A stretch of 64,000 nucleotides of DNA from Lachnospiraceae bacterium (GTDB lineage: Bacteria > Bacillota > Clostridia > Lachnospirales > Lachnospiraceae). Each line of letters opens with the position of its first letter. Position 1 is the stretch's first letter. Where the stretch lies: the NCBI GenBank assembly GCA_017889125.1, contig JAGHER010000088.1:2566-66565 (forward strand). Reading direction: 5' to 3'. Position numbers and translations under genes: made by a program. The notes under the pieces were generated by a model. That model worked only from the letters and a program-made list of their open reading frames with translations, was not told where the DNA came from and did no database searches. Shown here in pieces: positions 16,278 through 25,758 of the stretch.

Positions 16278-16917
16278 GAAAATCTTCCTCCTTCCGGGAT
16301 GCGCTGAAGGCAATCCAGGCAGAGATAACCTGGTGCAGAGCGACGGCGCCCGCCGGGATCAGCCATAAGGCTGGATTCAGACGGCGGGAAAAAAGAGCGG
16401 CCAGGAACAGGAGCCCGCAGCCTCCCCAGACCAGCTGGTATGGACGCTGCTCTTTTGGAAGCAGTGGGGCAAAAGATAATCGGTTCCGATGAAGGAAGGC
16501 CCTCATGCCCAGTGCGCCAAGGACTGCGCCCAGAAGGAATGTAGGCAGCCCGCTGGCAAAAAGAAGACCGGGAGCAAGGTAAAACCGGATCAGCCACAGC
16601 AGAAAAAATATGCCGCAGACTGCCGCAGGCCCCCATTTTTGAAAGGATTCGGCGGCAGGAAGGATTTTACTGGAGGAAGGGAGTGCCTTTTCACGATTTT
16701 CTCCGGTAACACTGTCCACCAGCTCGAAAATATCGCCAATCCCGCTGATGGTCGCCTGATAAGCAGCTTCTGGGGAGTGCCCCTTTTCAATGAGTCCCCT
16801 GTACTTCTCCAGTAAATCTGCGCACAGAGCTTCCTTTGCTTCCTCTGTCTTTTCGGCGGCGGGGGAACCGGCAAAGGCGCGGTTAATATAAAGAATGATT
16901 TTTTCTTCCATATTCAT
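16270..16917 (-). CDS. PadR-associated membrane protein (DUF1700-like: soluble N-terminal helix bundle + about four TM helices)
   Basis: ATGA overlap with the padR stop (ATG 16917-16915, TGA 16916-16914). N-terminal EKIILYINRAFAGSP...EALCADLLEKY then hydrophobic helices. Typical second gene of PadR operons. Confidence 0.7.
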   Translation of the reverse strand: MNMEEKIILYINRAFAGSPAAEKTEEAKEALCADLLEKYRGLIEKGHSPEAAYQATISGIGDIFELVDSVTGENREKALPSSSKILPAAESFQKWGPAAVCGIFFLLWLIRFYLAPGLLFASGLPTFLLGAVLGALGMRAFLHRNRLSFAPLLPKEQRPYQLVWGGCGLLFLAALFSRRLNPALWLIPAGAVALHQVISAWIAFSASRKEEDFHE

Positions 16918-17273
16918 GTCTCTGTTTCCTCCTCCTTTTTGTCGATAAAAAATGCGTCCATCAATTGACGGATTTCCTTCCACTCCCGGATGCGCTGCTT
17001 TAAATAGGCGCGGCCTTCCTGGGTGATGGAGTAGTACCTTCGTCTCGGCCCGGAGCTTTCATTTCCCCAATAGGAAGTGACATGGCCCTGCTTTTCCAGC
17101 CTTCGGAAGGTGGTGTAAAGGGTCGCTTCTTTTAACTCGTATTTGAAGCCGGATTTTTCCAGGATGAAATTGTTAATGGCATAGCCGTAGCTGTCCTGCT
17201 CTGACAGGCAGCAGAGAATCATGCCATCGGTATATCCATAGATCATGTCAGATGTGATATTCAATCCGTTCAC
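16914..17273 (-). CDS. PadR-family transcriptional regulator
   Basis: Winged-helix block YGYAINNFILEKSGFKYELKEATLYTTFRRLEKQGHVTSYW; GTG start 17273 preceded by GGAGGTG. Confidence 0.85.
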   Translation of the reverse strand: MNGLNITSDMIYGYTDGMILCCLSEQDSYGYAINNFILEKSGFKYELKEATLYTTFRRLEKQGHVTSYWGNESSGPRRRYYSITQEGRAYLKQRIREWKEIRQLMDAFFIDKKEEETET

Positions 17274-17516
17274 CTCCCTCTATAGCGTATCACAAACTAC
17301 CTCATTATACAATATAGTTCACCATAAATTTTTTGCTAATTTAGGGAAACGCTGATTTAATCAGCGTTTTCTTAGAAATTGAATTGCTGGCGCCGGGATG
17401 CTTTTCAGGCCTTGTAATCCCTTCTTCATTGTGCTAAAATCCTCCTGAAGTACAATGAGGTGATTTGCTGCAGGGCAGCGAACGCCGCATAAAAACAGAA
17501 AAAGAAGGCGTGAATC

Positions 17517-19661
17517 GTGAGAGCGGAAGAGAGACGATATGAGGACAGCCTGGATATGGCGTATTCCTACCAGCTGGCCAAAAGATTGGAGACCTACAAG
17601 ACCAACCCTTGTCTGGGGTACCGGACGGCAGGCTCGGAGGCGGAGCATCTTACCGGGGATATGCTGGCGGAGGAGATGCGGAAAATCGGCCTGCAGCAGG
17701 TGCGCAAGGAGGAAATCACTGTGGATTCCTGGGATTTTCATCACTGCATCATGCGCTACAGGGATAAGGACGGGGTGCTTCATGAGTGCCAGCTGGGTGC
17801 TTATCAGACGAATTTCCAGACAGAGGGCTGGCAGACCTTTCCGGTGGTATTTGCGGGAAAGGGGACGGCGGCGGACTATGAAGGGCTTGATGTGTCGGGA
17901 AAGCTGGTGATGGCCCAAATTAATCAGCGGGATGAGTGGTGGATCAGCTTTCCTGTGTATCAGGCTTACATAAGAGGCGCGGCAGCCTTTATTGCCGTGC
18001 AGGAGGGCGGATACGGGGAGATTGATGATACGGCTTTAAATGCCCAGGACATCGGCGGCCCGGAGTACGCCCCGGCCTTTTCCATGTCCAGAGCGGATGC
18101 GGCACCGTTAAGAGAGCGGCTGGCCGGGGAGGGTGAGGTAACGGTGGAGCTGTCTGCCCGGTCGGTGGTAAGGCGGGACTGCCGCTCCTACAATATCCTG
18201 GGGGAGATACCTGGCCGGGAGAAGGATTCCATGATCCTGCTTTCTGCCCACTATGATTCGTATTTTTCCGGATTCCAGGATGACAATGCGGCCATCGCCC
18301 TGATGTTAGGAATCGGCAGGGCGCTGGTTCGATCTGGCTACAGACCGCAAAAGACCATTGTTTTCTGCGCCATGGCGGCGGAGGAATGGGGGATCACTGA
18401 TTCCAAGTATGACTGGTCCACCGGGGCATGGCAGCAGGTAAGCCGGGTTCATCCAGAATGGCAGGGAAAAGTAATTGCAGATCTGAATTTTGAGCTTCCC
18501 GCCCATGCCCATGGCGCCGCTGACGGCGTGCGGACGGTTTACGAGTATGAGGACTTTATGAAACGGTTTGTGGAAGGGCTGGAGCTGGAGGATGCGGGGG
18601 CGGTATTTCCAGAGGGAATCCGGGTGCTTTGCCCGGTGGAAACCATGTCGGATGATTTCTCCATGGCGATCAGCGGTATTCCTTCCATGGTCAATGACTT
18701 TACGGCCGGGCAGTTTATGGAGACCCATTATCATTCTCAGTTCGACAATGACGATGTATACGATGAGGCAGTATTTGCCTTTCACCATCGGATGTATGGG
18801 CGGCTTGTGATGGCATTTGACCGGCTGGCGGCAGCTCCTCTTGATTTTGGCCGGGTATTTAAGGCTCTGCGGGACTGCGCGGATCTGGAATTTTCCCAGG
18901 CAAAAGGGGCTGACGGGGCGAAACTGTGGCAGCAGGCCGGGGAGGCCATGGAGCTGGGCCAACGGATTTACGGACGGATCCGGGAGATGAATGAGCAGTA
19001 TGCCGCATTCCTGGATGAAGGGAGAGAGAAAGAGGCAGCGGCTCTTCGGGAGAAAGCAAGAAAAAAGGAACAGCTTCTTTTGCAGGCCTTTCGGAAGGAG
19101 CAGGATCATTTCGTCCGCCTGGACTGGCATGACCAGGTGCTCTTCCCCCATCAGGGCGTGCGGGAAAATCTGATTCATCTGGAAAAGGCTATTGCCAGTC
19201 TTGAGAAGGGAGAGGTCCGGCAGGCTCTGGAGGCCATTTATCAGATTGACAATAACCGGTATGCCTTTGAATTTGACCGGGCGGTGTTTGACCATTTTAC
19301 GGATTCGGTGATGAATCAGGCGCCGGAACGGCTTCAGTGGGGGGCCGGGAGGATCATTCACCATGAAAATCTCTTTGAATTGGTGGCATCCCTGAAAGAA
19401 AAGGCGCGAAGGATGGAAGCTTGGCGCCAGGACGCGGCCGGGCATCTGTGTGAAGATTTTGCTGGGGATGAGGCGAGAAATTTGTGTGAAGACGTGTCTG
19501 TGGGTGCGGCTGGAGATTTGTGCATCGATTTTGCTGGGGAGATTGCCGCCCTCAAACAGGTAGAGGCCGCACAGACCGCCTGCTATATTGATGATATTGC
19601 ATATATGCTTCACGGGACAGAGACGGTGATGCAAATTTTAATGGAGACAGAAGAGGACTGA
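17517..19661 (+). CDS. M28-family metallopeptidase with PA domain and a long helical C-terminal extension
   Basis: LLSAHYDSYFSGFQDDNAAIALMLGIGRAL and FCAMAAEEWG (M28 metal-ligand blocks). Start uncertain: GTG 17517 (GAAGG at 8 nt) or ATG 17556. Confidence 0.8.
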   Translation: MRAEERRYEDSLDMAYSYQLAKRLETYKTNPCLGYRTAGSEAEHLTGDMLAEEMRKIGLQQVRKEEITVDSWDFHHCIMRYRDKDGVLHECQLGAYQTNFQTEGWQTFPVVFAGKGTAADYEGLDVSGKLVMAQINQRDEWWISFPVYQAYIRGAAAFIAVQEGGYGEIDDTALNAQDIGGPEYAPAFSMSRADAAPLRERLAGEGEVTVELSARSVVRRDCRSYNILGEIPGREKDSMILLSAHYDSYFSGFQDDNAAIALMLGIGRALVRSGYRPQKTIVFCAMAAEEWGITDSKYDWSTGAWQQVSRVHPEWQGKVIADLNFELPAHAHGAADGVRTVYEYEDFMKRFVEGLELEDAGAVFPEGIRVLCPVETMSDDFSMAISGIPSMVNDFTAGQFMETHYHSQFDNDDVYDEAVFAFHHRMYGRLVMAFDRLAAAPLDFGRVFKALRDCADLEFSQAKGADGAKLWQQAGEAMELGQRIYGRIREMNEQYAAFLDEGREKEAAALREKARKKEQLLLQAFRKEQDHFVRLDWHDQVLFPHQGVRENLIHLEKAIASLEKGEVRQALEAIYQIDNNRYAFEFDRAVFDHFTDSVMNQAPERLQWGAGRIIHHENLFELVASLKEKARRMEAWRQDAAGHLCEDFAGDEARNLCEDVSVGAAGDLCIDFAGEIAALKQVEAAQTACYIDDIAYMLHGTETVMQILMETEED
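19443..19550 (+). repeat. 36-bp in-frame tandem repeat, 3 copies, near the C-terminus of the M28 peptidase
   Basis: Encodes HLCEDFAGDEAR / NLCEDVSVGAAG / DLCIDFAGEIAA; contains GATTTTGCTGGGGA twice (19455-19468, 19527-19540). Confidence 0.8.
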
Positions 19662-19666
19662 CGATT

Positions 19667-20302
19667 ATGGAAAGTGACCGATTGTACCGGGTACAGAAGG
19701 AAGATGTGGGGAGATTGAAGGAGCTGCTGACGGAATGCTTTTCCAGGGATCCCCTGTACTGCAACCTGATTCCCGATGAGGACACCAGAAGGCGGCTCCT
19801 GCCGGAGCTGTTTCAGTGTGATATGGAGGAATTTTTTGAAACCTGTGAGATTTATGCGGACAGTCCGGAGATTAATGGGGTGATTGTGGTGGATGACGAA
19901 TCAGAGCCTTATAATCCCATCCATTATTATCTGGCGGAGGCTATGGCTTCGCTGAAGACGGACAGCTACTTAATTAAAGAGGATCCTTCCTTAAAGACCT
20001 TCTGGAATTTTATCCAGGGGAGAGATTACTTGAATTCCAGCTGGACGGATCAGCTTCACCAGCCAAAGCGCCTCCATGTGATTTATCTGGCGGTGCGGCC
20101 AAGCATGCAGCACCACGGCATATCTGCGGTGCTCCTGAACGAGGTCATCGAATATGCCGGAAAGCATCAGCTGATGATTTCTCTGGAAACTCATAATGAG
20201 AAAAATGTGTCCCTTTACCAGCATTTCGGCTTTAAGCTGTATGGGATTGTGGAAAAGCATTTTCATTTTAAGCAGTATTGTATGGTGAGGGAAATTCAAT
20301 AG
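19667..20302 (+). CDS. GNAT-family N-acetyltransferase
   Basis: Acetyl-CoA binding block VIYLAVRPSMQHHGISAVLLNEVIEYA, then LETHNEKNVSLYQHFGF. Confidence 0.75.
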   Translation: MESDRLYRVQKEDVGRLKELLTECFSRDPLYCNLIPDEDTRRRLLPELFQCDMEEFFETCEIYADSPEINGVIVVDDESEPYNPIHYYLAEAMASLKTDSYLIKEDPSLKTFWNFIQGRDYLNSSWTDQLHQPKRLHVIYLAVRPSMQHHGISAVLLNEVIEYAGKHQLMISLETHNEKNVSLYQHFGFKLYGIVEKHFHFKQYCMVREIQ

Positions 20303-20339
20303 GGAGCCTTGGGCGGGGGAGATAAGCACTGAGGCAGAT

Positions 20340-20368
20340 GAGAGGCGGCCGGGAGGCCGTCTCTTTTT
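20340..20368 (+). terminator. Rho-independent terminator after the GNAT gene
   Basis: GAGA(GG)CGGCC ggga GGCCGTCTC followed by TTTTT (20364-20368). Confidence 0.7.
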
Positions 20369-20554
20369 CGTCAATTTTTGGGAGAAAATATAGTCAAAAT
20401 GGATAGAAAATCATCCTGTTTTCTTTAAAATAAAAGCATAACAGACAAAAAAGTAAAAAAACAGCACAAAAAGTAAAACCAGTTATCTTTTTATTTCCAT
20501 TCCGCAGCCTTATAATGAAGGCAGTTGAAAGCGAGAAAAAAAGGGGTGGTTTTC

Positions 20555-21499
20555 ATGAGCAGCAGGAAGGAAGAGAGCAAGGTTCGGGAGAAGAAGAAAA
20601 CAGGCTTTTCAGGTTTGTGGAGGACCATTTGCCGGCAGAAATATCTGATTCTCATGATGCTCCCGGGGCTATTATGGTTTTTGATTTTCAAATACTGTAC
20701 CTACGCAGGACTTGGACTGGCGTTTACCAATTACGGCTTTAAAAAGAGCGTGGACTTTGTGGGGCTGCGAAATTTCATTCGGCTTTTCCGGGCCCCGCAG
20801 TTCTGGACGGCTTTTAAGAATACGCTCATTATCAGCATCTGCAATATTGTCTTTTATTTTCCATTTCCAATTATTATTGCCCTGTTGATTAATGAGCTGC
20901 GTTCACTGCGGACAAAGCGGGCAGTACAGTTTATGATTTACATTCCGTATTTTTTCTCCTGGGTTGTGGTGGGAACGATCTTTGTGAATATTCTCTCCCC
21001 CTCCAGCGGCGTGGTAAATCAGATATTGAACGCCTTTGGATTTGATTCCATTTACTTTATGGCGGACCCCAAATGGTTTAGGGCGGTGCTGATCCTTTCC
21101 TACATCTGGCGGCAGATGGGATACGGTGCAGTTATCTATGTGGCGACCCTTTCTACAGTGGATGTCCAGTTGTATGAAGCGGCGGCCATCGATGGGTGCA
21201 GCAAGTGGAAGCAGGTATTTTATATCACCCTGCCCTCCATCAAGCCAACCATTGTGACCATGCTGCTGCTGAATTTATCACATGTCCTGCTGATTTTTGA
21301 GCAGATTATGGTTATGTACAATGCCTCCGTTTATTCGGTGAGCGATGTGCTGCAGACCTATACCTACCGAGAGGGAATCCTGTCCGGCAATATTGCCTAT
21401 GGAACGGCGATCAGCCTTTTTACCGGCGTGGTCAGTCTGGTGCTGGTGATGGGAACCAACTGGATTTCCAAGCATTTTCTGGAAGACTCGATTTTGTAG
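20555..21499 (+). CDS. ABC sugar permease, LplB/YtcP-like
   Basis: AAAGGGGTGG SD then ATG 20555 (track start 20525 rejected). Multi-pass membrane protein with EAA loop LYEAAAIDGCSKWKQVFYITLP. Confidence 0.88.
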   Translation: MSSRKEESKVREKKKTGFSGLWRTICRQKYLILMMLPGLLWFLIFKYCTYAGLGLAFTNYGFKKSVDFVGLRNFIRLFRAPQFWTAFKNTLIISICNIVFYFPFPIIIALLINELRSLRTKRAVQFMIYIPYFFSWVVVGTIFVNILSPSSGVVNQILNAFGFDSIYFMADPKWFRAVLILSYIWRQMGYGAVIYVATLSTVDVQLYEAAAIDGCSKWKQVFYITLPSIKPTIVTMLLLNLSHVLLIFEQIMVMYNASVYSVSDVLQTYTYREGILSGNIAYGTAISLFTGVVSLVLVMGTNWISKHFLEDSIL

Positions 21500-21514
21500 G
21501 AAGGGGTGGGGAAG

Positions 21515-22390
21515 ATGAAAAGAAAACCGGCTTCTAACCGGATCCGTGAGTCCGGTGCAAGAAAAATTTTCCGGGTGTTTAATGCCTTATTTCTGGCGGC
21601 GGTCTGTATTGTGATAATCATTCCCATCTGGAATGTGATTGTCACCTCTTTTGCAGAGGATAAGGATGTTATGGGCGGCGTATACCTGCTGATCCCCAAA
21701 TCCTTTACGTTAAAGAATTATATCCGGATTTTCAACAGCGGCTATATGCGGGGATTCTGGAATTCCATGTTTGTGGCGGTGGTAGGCACCGGGCTTGCCA
21801 TGCTGATTACGGTTCCTTTAGGCTATGCCCTGGCACAGAAGAAACTGATTGGCAGAAAGATTATCATGCGGCTGATCAGCATTACCCTGGTATTTGACGC
21901 AGGAATCATGCCCTTTTATATCCTGATTAAGAGCCTGGGACTTATTGATTCCCGCTGGTCACTGATTGTTCCCTTTATGATTTCTACCTTTAATTTGATT
22001 ATTGTAAAAAATTTTATGACCTCTATACCAGAAAGCCTGATTGAGGCGGCCAAGCTGGACGGCTGCAATGACCTGATGACCTTAATCCGGGTGGTGATTC
22101 CCCTTTCTGTGCCGATTCTCTCGGCGGTGATGCTGTTTTATTTTGTATCCTTCTGGAATCGCTATACCGAAGCGGTTATGTTCATCAATAACAGCTCAAA
22201 ATATACCCTGCAGGTAATGCTGCGCTCTCTGGTCTTTCAGAGTGACGGCTCTCTGGGCGAGGGAAACATTGTGTACGATAATATGAAAATGGCAGTAATG
22301 GTTCTGGGCATGCTGCCGGTGCTGGTGATTTACCCATTTGTACAGCGGTATTTTGTCTCTGGACTGATGGTCGGCGGTGTGAAGGAGTAG
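21515..22390 (+). CDS. ABC sugar permease, LplC-like
   Basis: GAAGGGGTGGGG before ATG 21515; EAA loop LIEAAKLDGCNDLMTLIRVVIP. Confidence 0.88.
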   Translation: MKRKPASNRIRESGARKIFRVFNALFLAAVCIVIIIPIWNVIVTSFAEDKDVMGGVYLLIPKSFTLKNYIRIFNSGYMRGFWNSMFVAVVGTGLAMLITVPLGYALAQKKLIGRKIIMRLISITLVFDAGIMPFYILIKSLGLIDSRWSLIVPFMISTFNLIIVKNFMTSIPESLIEAAKLDGCNDLMTLIRVVIPLSVPILSAVMLFYFVSFWNRYTEAVMFINNSSKYTLQVMLRSLVFQSDGSLGEGNIVYDNMKMAVMVLGMLPVLVIYPFVQRYFVSGLMVGGVKE

Positions 22391-22434
22391 CAGGGAAACC
22401 ATGCAATAGATAAAACGATAGGAGGAAGAAAGAA

Positions 22435-23979
22435 ATGAAAAGAAGACAGCTTGCATTAATTCTTGCAGGAGCCATGGCAGTCAGTTCCATGGCGGGATGC
22501 GGCTCATCCAGCTCATCGAGCAGCCAGCAGCCAGCGTCCACAGAGGCGGAAGGCACCGCTGCATCTGGCGGGGAGAGCACGGAGACAGAAGCAGCCGAAG
22601 TCCCGGAGGAGCGGGTAAAGATGACCATTTGCTCTGCAGACAACACCTTTGGCTTAAGTACAGATCCGGATATGCAGCAGGCGGTAATCGACATGCTGGA
22701 GGAGAAGGCTAATGTGGAGCTGGAGGCGGTGATTCCGCCCATCAGCAGTTACAATGACAAACTGGAAACCATGATGGCAGGCGGAGATGTGCCGGATATC
22801 TTTTCTATCTCCCAGGCCATGACCAGGCTGCCAAACTACGTGGCCAGAGAGCAGGTGCTGTGCCTGGATGATTATATTGCGGCGTCGGAAAGCCTGTCGG
22901 CAATTGACAGCTCCTACTATGATGCCCTTGCCATTGACGGGAAGGTTTACGATGTGCCTTATTACTATCCGCGGGTGAAATGTTTGTATCTGCGGAAGGA
23001 TATCATGGAGGAGTACGGCATTAACTTAAGCACGCAGCCCACAACGGAAGAGTTTATCACCGAGATGAGCAAGCTTAAGGGCACCGGCATCATTCCCTTC
23101 AGCTTCCCCAAGTGGATTGACAATTTCCAGTTTTTCATGAATTCCTTCGGCGCATACGCAGGAATCTATAAAAATGCCGATGGCGTGTATGTGGACGGTA
23201 TGCAGGAGGAGCAGATGGTGGATGCGCTGGAGTACTTAAGAGAGCTTTACACCAGCGGCGTGATGGATCAGGAGTTTATTACCACGGAAAATGCAACCAT
23301 GCGGGAGTATGTTTACACCGGCAAGGCTGCCTGCGATATTGATTATGTATCCAACTATTCCAACTACGTGCTCCAGTCTGAAGCTGCCGGAGCGCCCTCA
23401 GACGTACAGCCCATCTACATGCTGGCAGGCCCGGATGGCCTGGGCGGCGGACTGAATGAGTCCATACAGACGGCATGGTGTATTTCTGCAGACTGCGAAT
23501 ATCCCGAGGCGGCCATGCGGGTGATTGAAGTGCTGGTAACGGATCCGGAGATGCACGCAGCATTCTACAATACCGGCGTGGAAGGCATCCATTATACCAT
23601 CGAGGACGGCGTTGCCGTAGCCACGGAAAAGGCAACGAATTCCGGATACTCCATTAAATACAATTATCTGACGGATTCCTTTATTTCCGATTTTTCCTCT
23701 CTTCCCTATCAGCCGGACGAGGAGACGGAGAAGGTGCTGGAAACTCAGCGTGATATTGTGGAGGAGGCCATGGAGCTGAGAGGGGACAAGCAGATGATTC
23801 CTTCCGGCATTTCTACTCTGTATGATGAGACCTCTGCTTCCATCACCAGCACCTGGAAGGAAGTGGTATCGCAGATTGTCCTTGGTTCCGTCAGCGTGGA
23901 GGACGGATTGGCAAATTATAAGAATTTCTGGGACAGCGTGGATGGAGACACAATGCTGAAGGAATTAAACGGCCAGTAA
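22435..23979 (+). CDS. Large extracellular solute-binding lipoprotein, LplA-like
   Basis: AGGAGGAAG SD. MKRRQLALILAGAMAVSSMAGC has lipobox MAGC, followed by a Ser/Glu/Ala-rich linker. The ~510-aa size is typical of LplA/YtcQ-type SBPs. Confidence 0.88.
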   Translation: MKRRQLALILAGAMAVSSMAGCGSSSSSSSQQPASTEAEGTAASGGESTETEAAEVPEERVKMTICSADNTFGLSTDPDMQQAVIDMLEEKANVELEAVIPPISSYNDKLETMMAGGDVPDIFSISQAMTRLPNYVAREQVLCLDDYIAASESLSAIDSSYYDALAIDGKVYDVPYYYPRVKCLYLRKDIMEEYGINLSTQPTTEEFITEMSKLKGTGIIPFSFPKWIDNFQFFMNSFGAYAGIYKNADGVYVDGMQEEQMVDALEYLRELYTSGVMDQEFITTENATMREYVYTGKAACDIDYVSNYSNYVLQSEAAGAPSDVQPIYMLAGPDGLGGGLNESIQTAWCISADCEYPEAAMRVIEVLVTDPEMHAAFYNTGVEGIHYTIEDGVAVATEKATNSGYSIKYNYLTDSFISDFSSLPYQPDEETEKVLETQRDIVEEAMELRGDKQMIPSGISTLYDETSASITSTWKEVVSQIVLGSVSVEDGLANYKNFWDSVDGDTMLKELNGQ

Positions 23980-23989
23980 GAGAGCGAAG

Positions 23990-24018
23990 GAGGCTGCCCA
24001 ACTGCAGGGCGGCCTCTT
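23990..24018 (+). terminator. Stem-loop after the SBP gene (weak terminator or mRNA-stabilising hairpin)
   Basis: GAGGCTGCCC 23990-23999 pairs with GGGCGGCCTC 24007-24016 (one G-U); only TT follows. Confidence 0.35.
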
Positions 24019-24066
24019 GCAATGTGCGGCGCAGATATGATACCATGAAAACCAGGAGACGGAGGA

Positions 24067-25758
24067 ATGGGAATGAAGGGAACCTTAACGCGCAAACAAA
24101 AAATCCGCCCCGTGTATGTATGGTTTTTGGGTACGCTGCTGGTAGCTGCCTTTATCCTGAACCTGGTGTGCATGATTTACTATTCCTACAATGCCAGGAA
24201 GATGGATGAGGACGATCGGACAAGGATATTGAGCCAGACCGTTTCCTTTGTGGACCGGTACATGAAGGAGGTGGAAGAGGGGGCCAGTATGCTGGCGGTG
24301 TCCTCCGATGTCCAAAAGCTGATGACTTACCGGATCGGAAAGAATTACTGGGACTATGTATCCTGCATGAACATGCTGACGGAATACGCCATGACGGTTC
24401 CGAAAATTTACCGCATCGACCTTTACGAGCGGGACAAACGAACGCTGCTCACCTCATCGGAAGGTGTATTTTACGATTTATCCGAGGAGGAGAGCGCCTA
24501 TTACCAGGCCTGCCTGGAACGGGAGGAAAGCTGGTTCTGGGATCCGGATTATGCGGGAAAGGAGCCTAAGCTGGTGTCCCAGACGCGAAACGGCAGGTAC
24601 ATGAGCCTGATTAAGCCGGTATATTCTATGTATACGGGGAAAAAGATGGGGGTGTTGTGCCTTTCCATCGCCCTTTCTGAGCTGGAGAATCTGATGCCTC
24701 AGACAGAGGACGGGGCAGAGGCCTTGTGCCTGACCTATGAGGGAAGGCCGATCCTTGGCGAGGTCCTGGAGACCGGGAAGGTCAGACGGATTTCCATGGC
24801 ATCGGCATACTCCTCCATGGAATTTGACTACTATTTTGTGCCCCGGAGCGTAAGAATTTTCAATCTCCAGTATATTGCCATCATCCTTTTGGTGTTAGCC
24901 TTTTTCGCGGCCATCTTCTTTTCCATTGTCCATATTTCCGAGAGAAAGATGTTTGAACCGGTGGATATGCTTTTGGACGGCTTTCAGAAGGTGGAGCAGG
25001 GGAAATTCGGCGTGCGTCTGGAGGGAGGGCAGCAGGAGCTGTTTCAGGAATTATTTCACGGCTTCAACCATATGGCCAGCACCCTGGAGCGCATGATTAA
25101 TGAGCTGTCCGATGAACGTACACGGCGCAATGAATTTAAGTTTCAGCTGCTGCAGATGCAGATCAAGCCTCATTTTCTTTACAATCTTTTTAATAATATG
25201 ATTTGGATGATGGAGCAGAAGGATTATGAGCGGCTGGGCGTACTGATTCAGTCTACAGCCGGGTATTACAAAACCGCACTGAATTACGGCAATTCAGACA
25301 TTATGCTGATGGACAATGAACGGCAGCTGGAGTATTTTGCGGAGATCCAGAAAATCCGGTTTGGAGACAGGTTTACCTTTTCTGTCTGCATACCGGAGGA
25401 GATGAAGCTTTATGCAATCCCGAATCTTTTGCTGCAGCCTCTGGTGGAAAATGCTATCGTCCACGGCCTTACGGGGATGGAGGAAGTGTGCCATATCCAG
25501 GTAACTGCAGAGGAGGAGGGGAGTTCCCTGGTGCTTTCGGTGGAGGATGACGGCTGCGGCATCAGGCCGGAGGAGCTGGAAAATATCCATCAGGAGCTGG
25601 CCAACTATGAAAAAGACGGAAGCCGGTACTTTGCGCTGGTGAATATTAGGGCCCGTCTGCAGAACCGCTATAAGGGAAAGGCTGATTTTACCATTGTCAG
25701 CCGTCTGAGGCAGGGGACAAGGGCCGTCATAAAAATACCGCTTGAAGAGGTGAGATAA
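24067..25758 (+). CDS. YesM-type sensor histidine kinase
   Basis: Two TM helices flanking an extracytoplasmic domain, HAMP-like linker, His-kinase block IKPHFLYNLFNNM, HATPase VEDDGCGI. ATG 24067 or 24073. Confidence 0.88.
   Translation: MGMKGTLTRKQKIRPVYVWFLGTLLVAAFILNLVCMIYYSYNARKMDEDDRTRILSQTVSFVDRYMKEVEEGASMLAVSSDVQKLMTYRIGKNYWDYVSCMNMLTEYAMTVPKIYRIDLYERDKRTLLTSSEGVFYDLSEEESAYYQACLEREESWFWDPDYAGKEPKLVSQTRNGRYMSLIKPVYSMYTGKKMGVLCLSIALSELENLMPQTEDGAEALCLTYEGRPILGEVLETGKVRRISMASAYSSMEFDYYFVPRSVRIFNLQYIAIILLVLAFFAAIFFSIVHISERKMFEPVDMLLDGFQKVEQGKFGVRLEGGQQELFQELFHGFNHMASTLERMINELSDERTRRNEFKFQLLQMQIKPHFLYNLFNNMIWMMEQKDYERLGVLIQSTAGYYKTALNYGNSDIMLMDNERQLEYFAEIQKIRFGDRFTFSVCIPEEMKLYAIPNLLLQPLVENAIVHGLTGMEEVCHIQVTAEEEGSSLVLSVEDDGCGIRPEELENIHQELANYEKDGSRYFALVNIRARLQNRYKGKADFTIVSRLRQGTRAVIKIPLEEVR

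Noticed and set aside
17348-17373. Terminator-like hairpin AACGCTGAT-tta-ATCAGCGTT followed by TTTTCTT between the divergent padR and M28 genes
   Set aside because: It is oriented as a plus-strand terminator, but no plus-strand gene ends upstream of it. It may be a PadR operator or an insulator, so I did not call it as a feature.
18306-19634. Long antisense ORFs inside well-supported genes (18306-19634, 40311-41333, 45667-46557, 61921-62760, 32268-33023, 9572-10117, 7121-7873)
   Set aside because: Each is opposite a gene with clear family motifs, lacks an SD and has an Arg/Pro/His/Cys-rich shadow-frame composition.
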